Of a stretch of 20,698 bases of DNA, positions 8,237-16,869 are shown piece after piece. Positions within the stretch are counted from its first letter, which is position 1. The number at the start of each line of letters is the position of its first letter. The DNA comes from Campylobacterota bacterium (lineage in GTDB: Bacteria > Campylobacterota > Campylobacteria > Campylobacterales > Sulfurimonadaceae). Under the pieces are notes generated by a model, which did not search any database, was not told the DNA's origin, and saw only the letters and a program-made list of their open reading frames with translations. Position numbers and translations under genes: made by a program. Location of the stretch: NCBI GenBank assembly GCA_034717975.1, contig JAYEMF010000034.1, positions 1 through 20,698 of the forward strand, read 5' to 3'.

Positions 8237-8959
8237 ATGCAGAAAAAAATTGGACAATTTAAAAGCAGTATTGCACCGCTTGAACTGAATGAGAGAACAC
8301 TTTATAAAAACACGCTTATCCTGGCAGAAGAGGGTTCAGGTAAAACACATCTCGCCAATGTGATACGAGAGTTTGTCATAGATAGTGGCGTACCGACACT
8401 CTATCTTGATTTTTCCAATCCCGATGTCGATGCTGTTGAAGAGCGTTTTAAATCAAGCGGGCGGTTCTTTTATATGCAATTTGAAGAGAACGAGGCATTT
8501 AATGCAGAGCTTCAAGAGGCTATAGATAGAAAAGAAAATATCTATATGGCAGTTGATCCAAGCTTTTTTACCAATAAAAGGGATGTTAAAAGTGAAATTT
8601 CAAAAATGCTTCAGAAGCGCGGACTTTTGGATAACTACTACTACATTTTTCATGAAATTGCCCAACTGGATGCCTTTTACACCAAATTTGAGGATTTTTT
8701 GCTTTATACGCTCAACTTGATAAATTTACAGAAATACGGCCTTACTTTTCTGACCCAGCCGCATGAGACTTTTGAAGACCCGCAGTTGAAACTGCTCTTT
8801 ACCTTCTTGTACCTTGGAAAGTGTTCGAATGCCAACTATTACAACACCTCTATGTTAAAGAACCTGAAACCGAACAGTTTCCATTTTCAGTTTCGAACAG
8901 ACTATAGATCGCTGATGTTCAATCCGGTCAAAAGTGATATTGTTTTTATTGACGCTTAG
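8237..8959 (+). CDS. P-loop NTPase-like protein with degenerate motifs (HerA/FtsK/VirB4-like)
   Basis: NTLILAEEGSGKT (Walker A variant), LYLDFS, YYIFHE (Walker B variant), GLTFLTQ. Start placed at ATG 8237 after an AGGA RBS rather than at 8189. Confidence 0.7.
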   Translation: MQKKIGQFKSSIAPLELNERTLYKNTLILAEEGSGKTHLANVIREFVIDSGVPTLYLDFSNPDVDAVEERFKSSGRFFYMQFEENEAFNAELQEAIDRKENIYMAVDPSFFTNKRDVKSEISKMLQKRGLLDNYYYIFHEIAQLDAFYTKFEDFLLYTLNLINLQKYGLTFLTQPHETFEDPQLKLLFTFLYLGKCSNANYYNTSMLKNLKPNSFHFQFRTDYRSLMFNPVKSDIVFIDA

Positions 8960-8978
8960 CAATCTCTAAGCAGAATTA

Positions 8979-9170
8979 CTAATAAACCTCTTTTACCCGT
9001 CCCACTTCACCGCTCATCATACGTACTTTGATGCCGTGAGGATGGGTGGCTGACTTCGTCAAGATATCACGTACAATCCCATCTGTCAGTCGGCCGGTAT
9101 CCTGATCCTGTTTGAGGACAATGGCCACACTCATCCCACTTCTGATATTTTTACGCTGTCTCCCGTCCAT
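8979..9170 (-). CDS. YwbE/DUF2196 family protein
   Basis: IVLKQDQDTGRLTDGIVRDILTKSATHPHGIKVR...VGRV family signature. Confidence 0.9.
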   Translation of the reverse strand: MDGRQRKNIRSGMSVAIVLKQDQDTGRLTDGIVRDILTKSATHPHGIKVRMMSGEVGRVKEVY

Positions 9171-9172
9171 AG

Positions 9173-9670
9173 TTATTTCTTTGGCTCGTAGTTGAGTACT
9201 TTTTTGACCGTGTCGACCGAACAGAAGAAGATGGCATCAAAAAGAGGGTTCAGACGAGTTCTGTTTTCATCAATTTTATCGAATGCACGGATGGTGAACC
9301 CGTCACCATCTTTCAGGTTTTTAGGTACCACATTAAAGGTAATAGGGCTAAGTGTACGAACAAGGTTTAAAACTTTTTTGTAGTGTTTATCTGCTTTGTC
9401 GGGAAGAAGGTTTCCACGTTCACTTTCATGTACACGCTCTTTCAGGAGAAGTGTGAGTTTATCATTAAAGATAACCTTGTCCCATTTGATCGCACCGCGA
9501 GAGAAACGGAATTCAGAGTTTTTAGCCATAAGAGGGTGGGGCTTTGTCTTACGGATGGCCTCAAGGAGCTGCAGGAAAAAGTTTTTTCCGCCAAAGGCTT
9601 CGGCAGACTCGGAAAGTTGTTTATGATACGCCTCTTTGGCACTATCATCCAGATTATTGAAGTCGCACAT
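9173..9670 (-). CDS. hypothetical protein (165 aa, basic)
   Basis: TATAAT and AAGGA RBS upstream; 2-nt gap to the YwbE gene; no function recognised. Confidence 0.75.
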   Translation of the reverse strand: MCDFNNLDDSAKEAYHKQLSESAEAFGGKNFFLQLLEAIRKTKPHPLMAKNSEFRFSRGAIKWDKVIFNDKLTLLLKERVHESERGNLLPDKADKHYKKVLNLVRTLSPITFNVVPKNLKDGDGFTIRAFDKIDENRTRLNPLFDAIFFCSVDTVKKVLNYEPKK

Positions 9671-9719
9671 AATGACTTCCTTATTTTAATTTTTACGAAT
9701 TATAGTAGAAAATAGTATT

Positions 9720-10166
9720 TTAGCAATATTTTGTCAGAAATCGGTGGAGTTGATTGGCAAATTCGTGAGCATCTTTTTGGCTGAAAGCTTTTGGACCTTT
9801 GGTCATCTCACCACTGTCCCGTATCTCTTCCATGAGATTACGCATAGCAAGGTACTGTTTGATATTATCAACACTATAAAGCTCACCGCGATGGTCGATG
9901 GCATGGGCCTGTTTTGCTATGACGCGATCAGCCAGCGGAATATCTGCCGTAATGACCAGATCACCCTTTTTAACCATCTCGACAATGCGATGATCCGCTT
10001 CGTCGGCACCTTCATCAACGATGATGTAAGTTACATGTGCTGATTTTCCAATACTGATGCGTTTGTTTGATACAACGTATGTCGGCAGTGCAAGTCGTTC
10101 AATGGAGCGAAGTAAAATTGGTTTGAGAAGATTTGGAAAAGCATCACCGTCAACGTAAAGATTCAT
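9720..10166 (-). CDS. YaiI/YqxD (UPF0178) family protein
   Basis: YVDGDAFP, DEADHRI, GDLVITADIPLA, GELYSVDNI, FANQL. Confidence 0.9.
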   Translation of the reverse strand: MNLYVDGDAFPNLLKPILLRSIERLALPTYVVSNKRISIGKSAHVTYIIVDEGADEADHRIVEMVKKGDLVITADIPLADRVIAKQAHAIDHRGELYSVDNIKQYLAMRNLMEEIRDSGEMTKGPKAFSQKDAHEFANQLHRFLTKYC

Positions 10167-10212
10167 GATTATCTATCCAGGTTTTGTATTGTAAAAGTCA
10201 AAAGTGTGTGAT

Positions 10213-10289
<77 letters not shown>

Positions 10290-10302
10290 ACATTGGAGAG
10301 GG

Positions 10303-10377
10303 TGGATGGGGTAGAGGGATTCGAACCCCCGAATATTGGTACCAAAAACCAATGCCTTACCGCTTGGCGATACCCCA
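10303..10377 (-). tRNA. tRNA-Gln (TTG)
   Basis: TGGGGTATCGCCAAGCGGTAAGGCATTGGTTTTTGGTACCAATATTCGGGGGTTCGAATCCCTCTACCCCATCCA; cloverleaf with encoded CCA. Confidence 0.96.
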
Positions 10378-10474
10378 TCATTTAAAAAACAGACTCCGAC
10401 GTCGGTACGTTGTACATCGACTATGGATACGAAACTAAAAACAACAAGCAGTTGTTATTTTCTTAACGTTTCTC

Positions 10475-10551
<77 letters not shown>

Positions 10552-10647
10552 ATACGAAAATTCCGAAAGAATTTTTGTGCTTTAGTGACATAGCGTCTAG
10601 CGCAATAATTTGGACTTTGTTCAAATTACGTTCTAAACAAAATGGTG

Positions 10648-10722
10648 TGGATGGGGTAGAGGGATTCGAACCCCCGAATATTGGTACCAAAAACCAATGC
10701 CTTACCGCTTGGCGATACCCCA
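10648..10722 (-). tRNA. tRNA-Gln (TTG), second copy
   Basis: Identical to 10303-10377. Confidence 0.96.
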
Positions 10723-10756
10723 TCACGTCTCATAAACATCTGTTTAAGAGGCCGAA

Positions 10757-10785
10757 ATTATAGTCAAAACTCTTTGTTTTGTCAA
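10757..10785 (-). promoter_or_regulatory. consensus sigma70 promoter of the tRNA operon
   Basis: TTGACA, 17-nt spacer, TATAAT, then a GC-rich discriminator TTCGGCC, as typical of stable-RNA promoters. Confidence 0.85.
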
Positions 10786-10835
10786 GACAAAAAAGCAGGT
10801 TTAGGCACTTTTAGATAGTTGGCAGATTATTTCAC

Positions 10836-10841
10836 TATAAT
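10836..10841 (+). promoter_or_regulatory. -10 box for ribB
   Basis: TATAAT ending 32 nt upstream of the ATG at 10874. Confidence 0.5.
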
Positions 10842-10873
10842 ATCCTCCTTAATTAAAGTATTAGAGAGAATAA

Positions 10874-11905
10874 ATGACAGCTATAGAACGAGTTTTAGAC
10901 GCGATCGAAGAGATCAAAAGAGGAAAAATGGTCATCATGATGGATGACGAAGATCGTGAGAATGAGGGTGATCTGGTTTATGCTTCGAACTTCTCGACAC
11001 CGGAACATGTAAATTTTATGGCGACTCATGCCAAAGGTTTGATCTGTGTCGCGATCAATACGACGATCGCCCAGCGTTTAGATCTGACGCCAATGGTCAG
11101 CTCAAATACCTCCATGCATGAGACCGCTTTTACGGTTTCTGTCGATGCGACTGCTGCAGTAACAGGTATCTCTGCGGCTGAGCGTGATATGACTATTAGA
11201 ATTCTTGCCAATCCGCTTAGTCATCCAAATGAACTGGTCAAGCCTGGACATATCTTTCCCCTGATCGCAAAAGATGGCGGGACGCTTGTTCGTACCGGGC
11301 ATACCGAAGGTTCGGTTGATCTGTGCCGTTTTGCCGGTCTGGCTGAATCGGCTGTTATCTGTGAGATAATGAAAGAGGACGGAACGATGGCCCGTCGTGA
11401 TGATCTTGTCGGTTTTGCCGAAGAGCACGATATGAAGATCGTCTATATCTCTGACATTGTTGAGTATAGACTTGCCAATGAGACACTGGTCCAGGCTATC
11501 AACGAAGAGGAGATCGAGTTTTTCGGTGTCAATGTCAAAAAACATACTTATATCGATCATGAAAAGCATGAGCATACGGCGATTGTCTTCTACAGTGCTG
11601 GTGACAGGGCAAATGTAAAAGTACATAATATCATTCCCGATATGGACCTGCTGTTAAATCAGCATAAATACACTCACCTGATCGACTCCATCGACTACCT
11701 TAAGCAAAACAGTGGTGTGCTTCTTTTCATCAACAATCCTGACCAGCAGGGTGGATCGATGAAAGAGTATGGCGTTGGTGCCCAGATATTAAAAAGCCTT
11801 GGGATCGGGCATATGCGTCTTATCAGTACATTGAAAGAGCATGATTTTATTGGATTGAGTGGATTTGGACTGGAAGTTACCGAGGTGATTGATCTGAATG
11901 ATTGA
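10874..11905 (+). CDS. ribB: 3,4-dihydroxy-2-butanone 4-phosphate synthase fused to a degenerate GTP cyclohydrolase II-like domain (RibBX type)
   Basis: DDEDRENEGDL, GLIC, TAFTVSVD, GISAAER, PGHIFPL, RTGHTEG, CEI. The C-terminal domain has YGVGAQIL but no Zn-binding cysteines. Confidence 0.93.
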   Translation: MTAIERVLDAIEEIKRGKMVIMMDDEDRENEGDLVYASNFSTPEHVNFMATHAKGLICVAINTTIAQRLDLTPMVSSNTSMHETAFTVSVDATAAVTGISAAERDMTIRILANPLSHPNELVKPGHIFPLIAKDGGTLVRTGHTEGSVDLCRFAGLAESAVICEIMKEDGTMARRDDLVGFAEEHDMKIVYISDIVEYRLANETLVQAINEEEIEFFGVNVKKHTYIDHEKHEHTAIVFYSAGDRANVKVHNIIPDMDLLLNQHKYTHLIDSIDYLKQNSGVLLFINNPDQQGGSMKEYGVGAQILKSLGIGHMRLISTLKEHDFIGLSGFGLEVTEVIDLND

Positions 11906-12299
11906 TGCAATGAAAAGCGCTGTTCACTACCATGATGTACGAGTCTATTATGAAGATGTTGACCTGGGTGGCATCGTCTATCATTCGATGTACTTAAACT
12001 TCTGTGAGCGTGCGCGTTCAGAGATCTTTTTCTCTGTCGGACGCTCTCCCGTAGAGGGTGAGTACCACTTTGTGGCCAAACATATTGATGCTGATTTTGT
12101 CGGTTCGGGAAAATTTGGTCAGACACTGCAGATACAGACAACGATGAGAGAACGCAAAAAGGCCTCTTTTTTACTGAGACAGGAGGTTTTTGAAGTTGCT
12201 TCAATGAAAAAGCTTTTTACGATGGATATACGCCTCGCCTGCATGAAGGGTGAACGAGTGTCTGCCATCCCATCAGGGTTTCTCGAACTGTTTGAGTAA
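11898..12299 (+). CDS. YbgC/FadM family acyl-CoA thioesterase
   Basis: VRVYYEDVDLGGIVYHSMYLNFCERARSE hotdog-fold motif. The start could also be ATG 11910. Confidence 0.9.
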   Translation: MIDAMKSAVHYHDVRVYYEDVDLGGIVYHSMYLNFCERARSEIFFSVGRSPVEGEYHFVAKHIDADFVGSGKFGQTLQIQTTMRERKKASFLLRQEVFEVASMKKLFTMDIRLACMKGERVSAIPSGFLELFE

Positions 12300-12312
12300 T
12301 AAGGAATAGAAT

Positions 12313-13650
12313 TTGAAACCAGAGAGATATCTCATTCTATTTGTCCTTGCCATTTTCTCTCTATACGCTGATCCTTCCAATCCTGATACAAACAGCTCTT
12401 TTAGTGACAATAACCAAACTTACAGAGATACAAACCTGTCAATGGTCGAAGATCAAAACATTACATTGACACCATTCGACCTCAATAGTTCACAAAGTGA
12501 AGATATCAACGGCACCAACTGGTTCTACTATCGTGATTTCCTAACGGGGATGGATACAGTACAGGAGTATGGAACGAGTACGGTCATTGTCATTGGTTCA
12601 GGGATTGATTACTCTTTATACTGGTTGTTCAGTGATGATGAGAACGGTACAGAGCCGACAGATACAAACAGGAGTGTCAGTGAAGATAATAATGGCACGA
12701 CCTTTCTGGGGAAAGCCATAACCAAAGAAAACAAGGTGACGGTAAAGGAGTTTGTCTCATCCCATAAAGGGAAAGATACGTTGCCCAAGCAGCTGGATTC
12801 TCGAAATAAACGTAAAGGCGAACAAACCTATCTTATCTCACAGTGGTTCGATGAAGAGACCATCAATGACAGTTTTCTGGATATCTCCAATGAAAGTTAC
12901 GTACGCTTACGCGGTGGTTATGTCTACCATCATCGAGATGAGAATGAGTATATCCACAGTATTACAGCCAGGGTGAAGATACCACGGACAAAAGACAAAT
13001 TGGATCTCATCATCGGGGATGATACAAAACAGAGTTCAGATATCTCTCTTGAAGGAACAGACCAGGAACGGGATAACAGTATTGCATTGGGGACGGACAA
13101 TCTTCTTGAAATGTTTGATGTGATTGACAGCCAGTTCCGTGTCGGTTTTTCCGGGATTAAAAATCCCTATACAAAGTTGAGATTAAGTTACAAGGCACTG
13201 TTCGACAAATGGCTGATTGAACCCTCACAAACCTTTAAGTACTCACTGGAAGTAGAGTATGAAGAGTGGACCAATCTGGAGTTTAAACGTCGTATCGAAG
13301 ATAATAAGATGTTTTCACTCTTAATACAGCGTTCCTCACAAAGCCGAATAGACGGCATGGAGTATTTTATTCAGCCGGCTGTGAGTTTTTCGATGGGTGA
13401 ATATGGGAATATGACACCTTATATAGGTGCTTATGGGTGTACCAAGGAGCAGCCTGAAGATGAGGATGGATACGTTCGAAAACGTGGTGTCTATACTTAT
13501 GCAGTGGGTGTTAACTGGAGTAAGCAGGCCTCACGCAAATATATCGTTTACAGGGTGCAGCCGATCGTATCCTATGATGACAAGCATGGTTTTAGGCCAA
13601 ACTACCATGTTAAAGCTCTATTGGAGTTCTATATTGGACTGCAGGACTGA
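12313..13650 (+). CDS. exported hypothetical protein with a sequon-rich N-terminus and a possible beta-barrel C-terminal domain
   Basis: AAGGA RBS and TTG start; signal peptide ending in SLYA; C-terminal part has alternating hydrophobic/polar, aromatic-rich strands. Confidence 0.75.
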   Translation: MKPERYLILFVLAIFSLYADPSNPDTNSSFSDNNQTYRDTNLSMVEDQNITLTPFDLNSSQSEDINGTNWFYYRDFLTGMDTVQEYGTSTVIVIGSGIDYSLYWLFSDDENGTEPTDTNRSVSEDNNGTTFLGKAITKENKVTVKEFVSSHKGKDTLPKQLDSRNKRKGEQTYLISQWFDEETINDSFLDISNESYVRLRGGYVYHHRDENEYIHSITARVKIPRTKDKLDLIIGDDTKQSSDISLEGTDQERDNSIALGTDNLLEMFDVIDSQFRVGFSGIKNPYTKLRLSYKALFDKWLIEPSQTFKYSLEVEYEEWTNLEFKRRIEDNKMFSLLIQRSSQSRIDGMEYFIQPAVSFSMGEYGNMTPYIGAYGCTKEQPEDEDGYVRKRGVYTYAVGVNWSKQASRKYIVYRVQPIVSYDDKHGFRPNYHVKALLEFYIGLQD

Positions 13651-13654
13651 TCTT

Positions 13655-14926
13655 TCAGGGATTCGGATCATCCGCTTCCATGTCTGTCGGTGTATAGGCC
13701 AGGAAGCGTGAGAGAGAAGGTTTGACCAAGCTGATAGGATACTCAATCTGATTCATCTCTAGAGGCAGGTCATATTCACGATCACTTCGCGTGATGAGGT
13801 GATAGAAGAGGTCTGTTCCAACAGTAGTGGCATAATTGATCCAGTCATAAACGATGTCATTGCTCAAAAGGCTGTTCGCTTCTACAAGGATGTTGTTGTT
13901 GTGGCCGATCGAGTTGGCAATGACCATCTCTTTTCGGTCATGGTATTGTGTCATCGAGAAGATGATCGGATCATAATTGATCTGAGTAGAAAGTACGTTG
14001 GTGGCATTGGCGTCATAAAGAGTCAGTTGAGACATGACCATACCGCTTTTGACAATCGGTGTATTGAGTACAAAGCTTCCGTACTGGATCTTTTGATTTC
14101 CTTTGAGCTGATATTCGAGATTTGAAGTTTGACGACCAATGGCATAACTGAAGACCTCCTTCTCTATGGCTTCGTCATCAGTTTCCAAGAACATAGTCGG
14201 ATTTTCATCTACAGTGACAAAGCTCTCCCGGGTGTATTGATGGAGCTCTTTGCCAAGCGTTGACTGGTCATAAAAAACGACAAGCGGAGAGACGGCTTCT
14301 TGAAGGAGGGTGTCGATCTGGGCACGATAGTCAATAGCGCCAAAATAGAGGGATGGAGATGCTCCTGAGATATCTTTGCGATTGATAGTGGGAAAATAGA
14401 CACTCATATCGGGGTCGATCTGCGCAATATGTGTCGCTCCTTGTTTGGTGACAGGGGCGATGACATAATAAAAACCATCTTCTTGCATATCTCTAAGCGC
14501 ATGGTCGATACTCTCGATACTCTCATCTTCGATCTGAAAGGTACGGACTTCAAAGGCCCGGTTTTTGGCAAGCATATAGGCAAAAACGGCGTTTGTTGTC
14601 GAAAAGGCATATCGGCCGATGACACGGTGTGGCAGTAGAAGAGCGATTTTGAGCTCACTGCTCTCTCTGGCGGCACCCAGATTAAAGACAGTGACGTAGA
14701 TCAGCCGTACATCATTGAGTTCAGGGTCTTCAATCCTCCCTTGTGCATGTGCCAGAAAGCTGAAGATCTGTTCATGGATGATGAGGTCATTCAGACAGGC
14801 TTCATCACAAGGCAGGGGATCCATATTTTGGACATAGCTCTTTGGAAGCGGTATGGAAGAGACTAAAAAGCTTTCCGCAAGAAGCAGATAAGGCATTAAC
14901 AGCAGGAGATAGAAGATAGGTTTCAT
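13655..14926 (-). CDS. periplasmic protein, probably type-1 periplasmic-binding fold (LpoA/LppC-like)
   Basis: Signal peptide; KIALLLP and YVIAPVTK resemble LpoA C-domain motifs; ATGA overlap with the UDG gene. Confidence 0.6.
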   Translation of the reverse strand: MKPIFYLLLLMPYLLLAESFLVSSIPLPKSYVQNMDPLPCDEACLNDLIIHEQIFSFLAHAQGRIEDPELNDVRLIYVTVFNLGAARESSELKIALLLPHRVIGRYAFSTTNAVFAYMLAKNRAFEVRTFQIEDESIESIDHALRDMQEDGFYYVIAPVTKQGATHIAQIDPDMSVYFPTINRKDISGASPSLYFGAIDYRAQIDTLLQEAVSPLVVFYDQSTLGKELHQYTRESFVTVDENPTMFLETDDEAIEKEVFSYAIGRQTSNLEYQLKGNQKIQYGSFVLNTPIVKSGMVMSQLTLYDANATNVLSTQINYDPIIFSMTQYHDRKEMVIANSIGHNNNILVEANSLLSNDIVYDWINYATTVGTDLFYHLITRSDREYDLPLEMNQIEYPISLVKPSLSRFLAYTPTDMEADDPNP

Positions 14927-15579
14927 AGGGCACTCTTAATAATTTGAAGATCGTTAAAGGTTGTTTGGCGCAGGGATGGATTGCGCAGTAAAAAGGTGGG
15001 ATGATAGATAGGAATGATCGTGGCCCGACCAAATTCGATTTTTTGTCCGCGTACCTGATCAAAGTTGCCTTCATCATTGCAGACCAGCCGATACGCTTCC
15101 GGCCCTAAAGGTACGATGATCTGTGGAGCAACCAGTTCGATCTGCTTGAAGAGGTAAGACTTACAGCTGTTCCACTCCGAAGCAGATGGTCTGTTTGAAC
15201 CCAGTGGTTTGCACTTTACAGCATGGGTGATATAGGTCTCTTCATAAGGCATTTCCAGGACATTCTCAATCATCTTTTTAAGTGATCCTCCGGAGCGTCC
15301 GACATAGTACTCGCCGCTCTCATCCTCAGCCAGCGAGACATACGCATCGATGAACATCACATCCGCTTTTGGATTTCCCTGACCGCTCATCGGCTGACGA
15401 CGCGATTTACTCAGGTCGCACAGATGGCACTGGGAGATCATACTGTGAAGCGGTCCAAGCTGTGAAGGAAGTGTCTGCTCATCACGGTGGTTGATGACAA
15501 TCGGATCGATATAGTCATACCCGACCGCTTTGAGACGGTACAGGTTCTGCAGAAGAAGAAGGTTTTGAAAAGATCGCAA
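14923..15579 (-). CDS. uracil-DNA glycosylase family 4-like protein (4Fe-4S) with divergent active-site motifs
   Basis: CHLC...VKCKP..NRPS..E...C, LVAPQIIVPLG, RG, IYHPTFLLRNP; AAGGA RBS and TTG start. Confidence 0.85.
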   Translation of the reverse strand: MRSFQNLLLLQNLYRLKAVGYDYIDPIVINHRDEQTLPSQLGPLHSMISQCHLCDLSKSRRQPMSGQGNPKADVMFIDAYVSLAEDESGEYYVGRSGGSLKKMIENVLEMPYEETYITHAVKCKPLGSNRPSASEWNSCKSYLFKQIELVAPQIIVPLGPEAYRLVCNDEGNFDQVRGQKIEFGRATIIPIYHPTFLLRNPSLRQTTFNDLQIIKSAL

Positions 15580-15714
15580 TAGATTCCTTTGCCGCTGCAG
15601 GAGTGATATAATTAGGAGAGTATAGATAAATAGGTGTTAAATTCAAATAAAAATGCTATTTAATAGAGGGATGGAACCTGATGTGATAAGATAGCTAGCA
15701 GACAAAGGATATCT

Positions 15715-16017
15715 ATGTACCTCTCATCTATCGCGTATCAGCTTATTGGACTGTTTATTACAGGTTTTTTAGTTCGATCACTCTCTATCTATCTCTATAC
15801 CGATGTGGAGATCGATGTCGAAACAGTAGGTGGTTTCGGTTTTTTTATGGGCCTCTTGCTTTATGGCCTTGGCTATTACTACAGCAAGTATCACACCTGT
15901 AAAGCAAAAGAGAAGAGCTGGAAAATGACCTCTCAATTTATGGCAGATAATGAACCGGTACTGCATAAAAGCGATATCAAAGAGAAAAGTAAAGAAGCAA
16001 AGAACAAACATGAGTAA
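15715..16017 (+). CDS. small two-TM hypothetical protein
   Basis: AAGGA RBS; TGATAAGAT extended -10 upstream; two hydrophobic segments and a basic tail. Confidence 0.65.
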   Translation: MYLSSIAYQLIGLFITGFLVRSLSIYLYTDVEIDVETVGGFGFFMGLLLYGLGYYYSKYHTCKAKEKSWKMTSQFMADNEPVLHKSDIKEKSKEAKNKHE

Positions 16018-16357
16018 AAAAGAGAAATTACTTATTGTCTGGAGCAGTTCCGACAGAGAAGTGGCACTGAAACTTCCCCTGCTTTACGGCAGTGTGATTT
16101 TGCCTCGCGAATACTGGAAAGAAGCCCATCTGATGGTCTGGGGACCGTCGATAAAACTGGTAGCAGAAGATAGTGAGATCCAAGCGCAAGTTAAAAAGGT
16201 GTTAGCCACAGGTGTACAAGCGAGCACATGTATTGTCTGCAGTGATGATTATGGTGTGACAGATGTTTTGGAAGAGATGGGGATAGAACCGATACACACG
16301 GGAGAACTGCTGACTGAAGCTCTGAAGTCAGACGAGTGGTCGGTGATGACGATTTAG
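16010..16357 (+). CDS. DsrE/DsrF-like family protein
   Basis: Start at MSKKEK (16010, overlapping the upstream stop); LIVWSS, HLMVWGPSIKL, CxxC (CIVCSDDYGV). Confidence 0.75.
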   Translation: MSKKEKLLIVWSSSDREVALKLPLLYGSVILPREYWKEAHLMVWGPSIKLVAEDSEIQAQVKKVLATGVQASTCIVCSDDYGVTDVLEEMGIEPIHTGELLTEALKSDEWSVMTI

Positions 16358-16451
16358 ATGGATTGAAAAGAGTTTAGTGGGAAAGGAAATATTGGTAAGT
16401 ACGGTTTACTGCACGCGGACTTCGCGTCGAGCGAAACCACGTATTAACGCA

Positions 16452-16475
16452 GCCAAAGGAATTACTTCTTTTGGC
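16452..16475. terminator. hairpin between convergent genes, likely terminator
   Basis: GCCAAAGGAA-ttac-TTCTTTTGGC, a 10-bp stem with one G:T pair, just past the superoxide reductase stop; no long U tract. Confidence 0.4.
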
Positions 16476-16482
16476 GTATTAA

Positions 16483-16869
16483 TTAGTCGTTAACTTCAAC
16501 TTCTACCGGAGTTGATTCCCAGATTCCGTGTTTTGTACAGTAACCGTGAGCGACCAGGTTGAGTTTTTTACCCATTGGGCGGATGTTGAATGTTACTTCA
16601 CAGTGAGATTTTTCATTACCGAGTGTACCCGGTACAAATGAAGCCGAAGCAAGTTTAGTCTCACCGTTGAAAAGTGTGATACTTTCGATGAAGTGATCGA
16701 AATCATCCGGGTGAGTGTACTCTTGACCCATTTTTACATTTACTGCAAGCATCTCGCCTTTTTTAGCTTCACCCGCAACTGTGATGAATGGAGAGTGGCG
16801 GTCGATAAGGTCTTTTTTGGCTTCGCGTTCTACCGTGTCGATATCGACGTATTTGTTGATCTTTGGCAT
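16483..16869 (-). CDS. superoxide reductase (neelaredoxin / class II SORL domain)
   Basis: DRHSP, HPDDFDHFIE and YCTKHGIWE supply 4 His + Cys iron ligands. Start placed at MPKINK (16869) after an AAGGA RBS. Confidence 0.88.
   Translation of the reverse strand: MPKINKYVDIDTVEREAKKDLIDRHSPFITVAGEAKKGEMLAVNVKMGQEYTHPDDFDHFIESITLFNGETKLASASFVPGTLGNEKSHCEVTFNIRPMGKKLNLVAHGYCTKHGIWESTPVEVEVND

Noticed and set aside
7277..10212. Genomic island integrated at the tRNA-fMet 3' end
   Set aside because: No duplicated tRNA 3' fragment and no integrase were seen, and the genes are mostly ordinary conserved families.
10786..10873. FMN riboswitch upstream of ribB
   Set aside because: The leader is only about 25 nt after the -10 box, is AT-rich and has no RFN consensus.
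11102..12204. Minus-strand ORFs of 174 and 169 aa
   Set aside because: Antisense to the well-supported ribB and thioesterase genes, with no recognisable motifs.
15950..16009. Longer start for the DsrE-like ORF
   Set aside because: It would overlap the upstream gene by 68 nt; ATG 16010 gives normal coupling and domain length.
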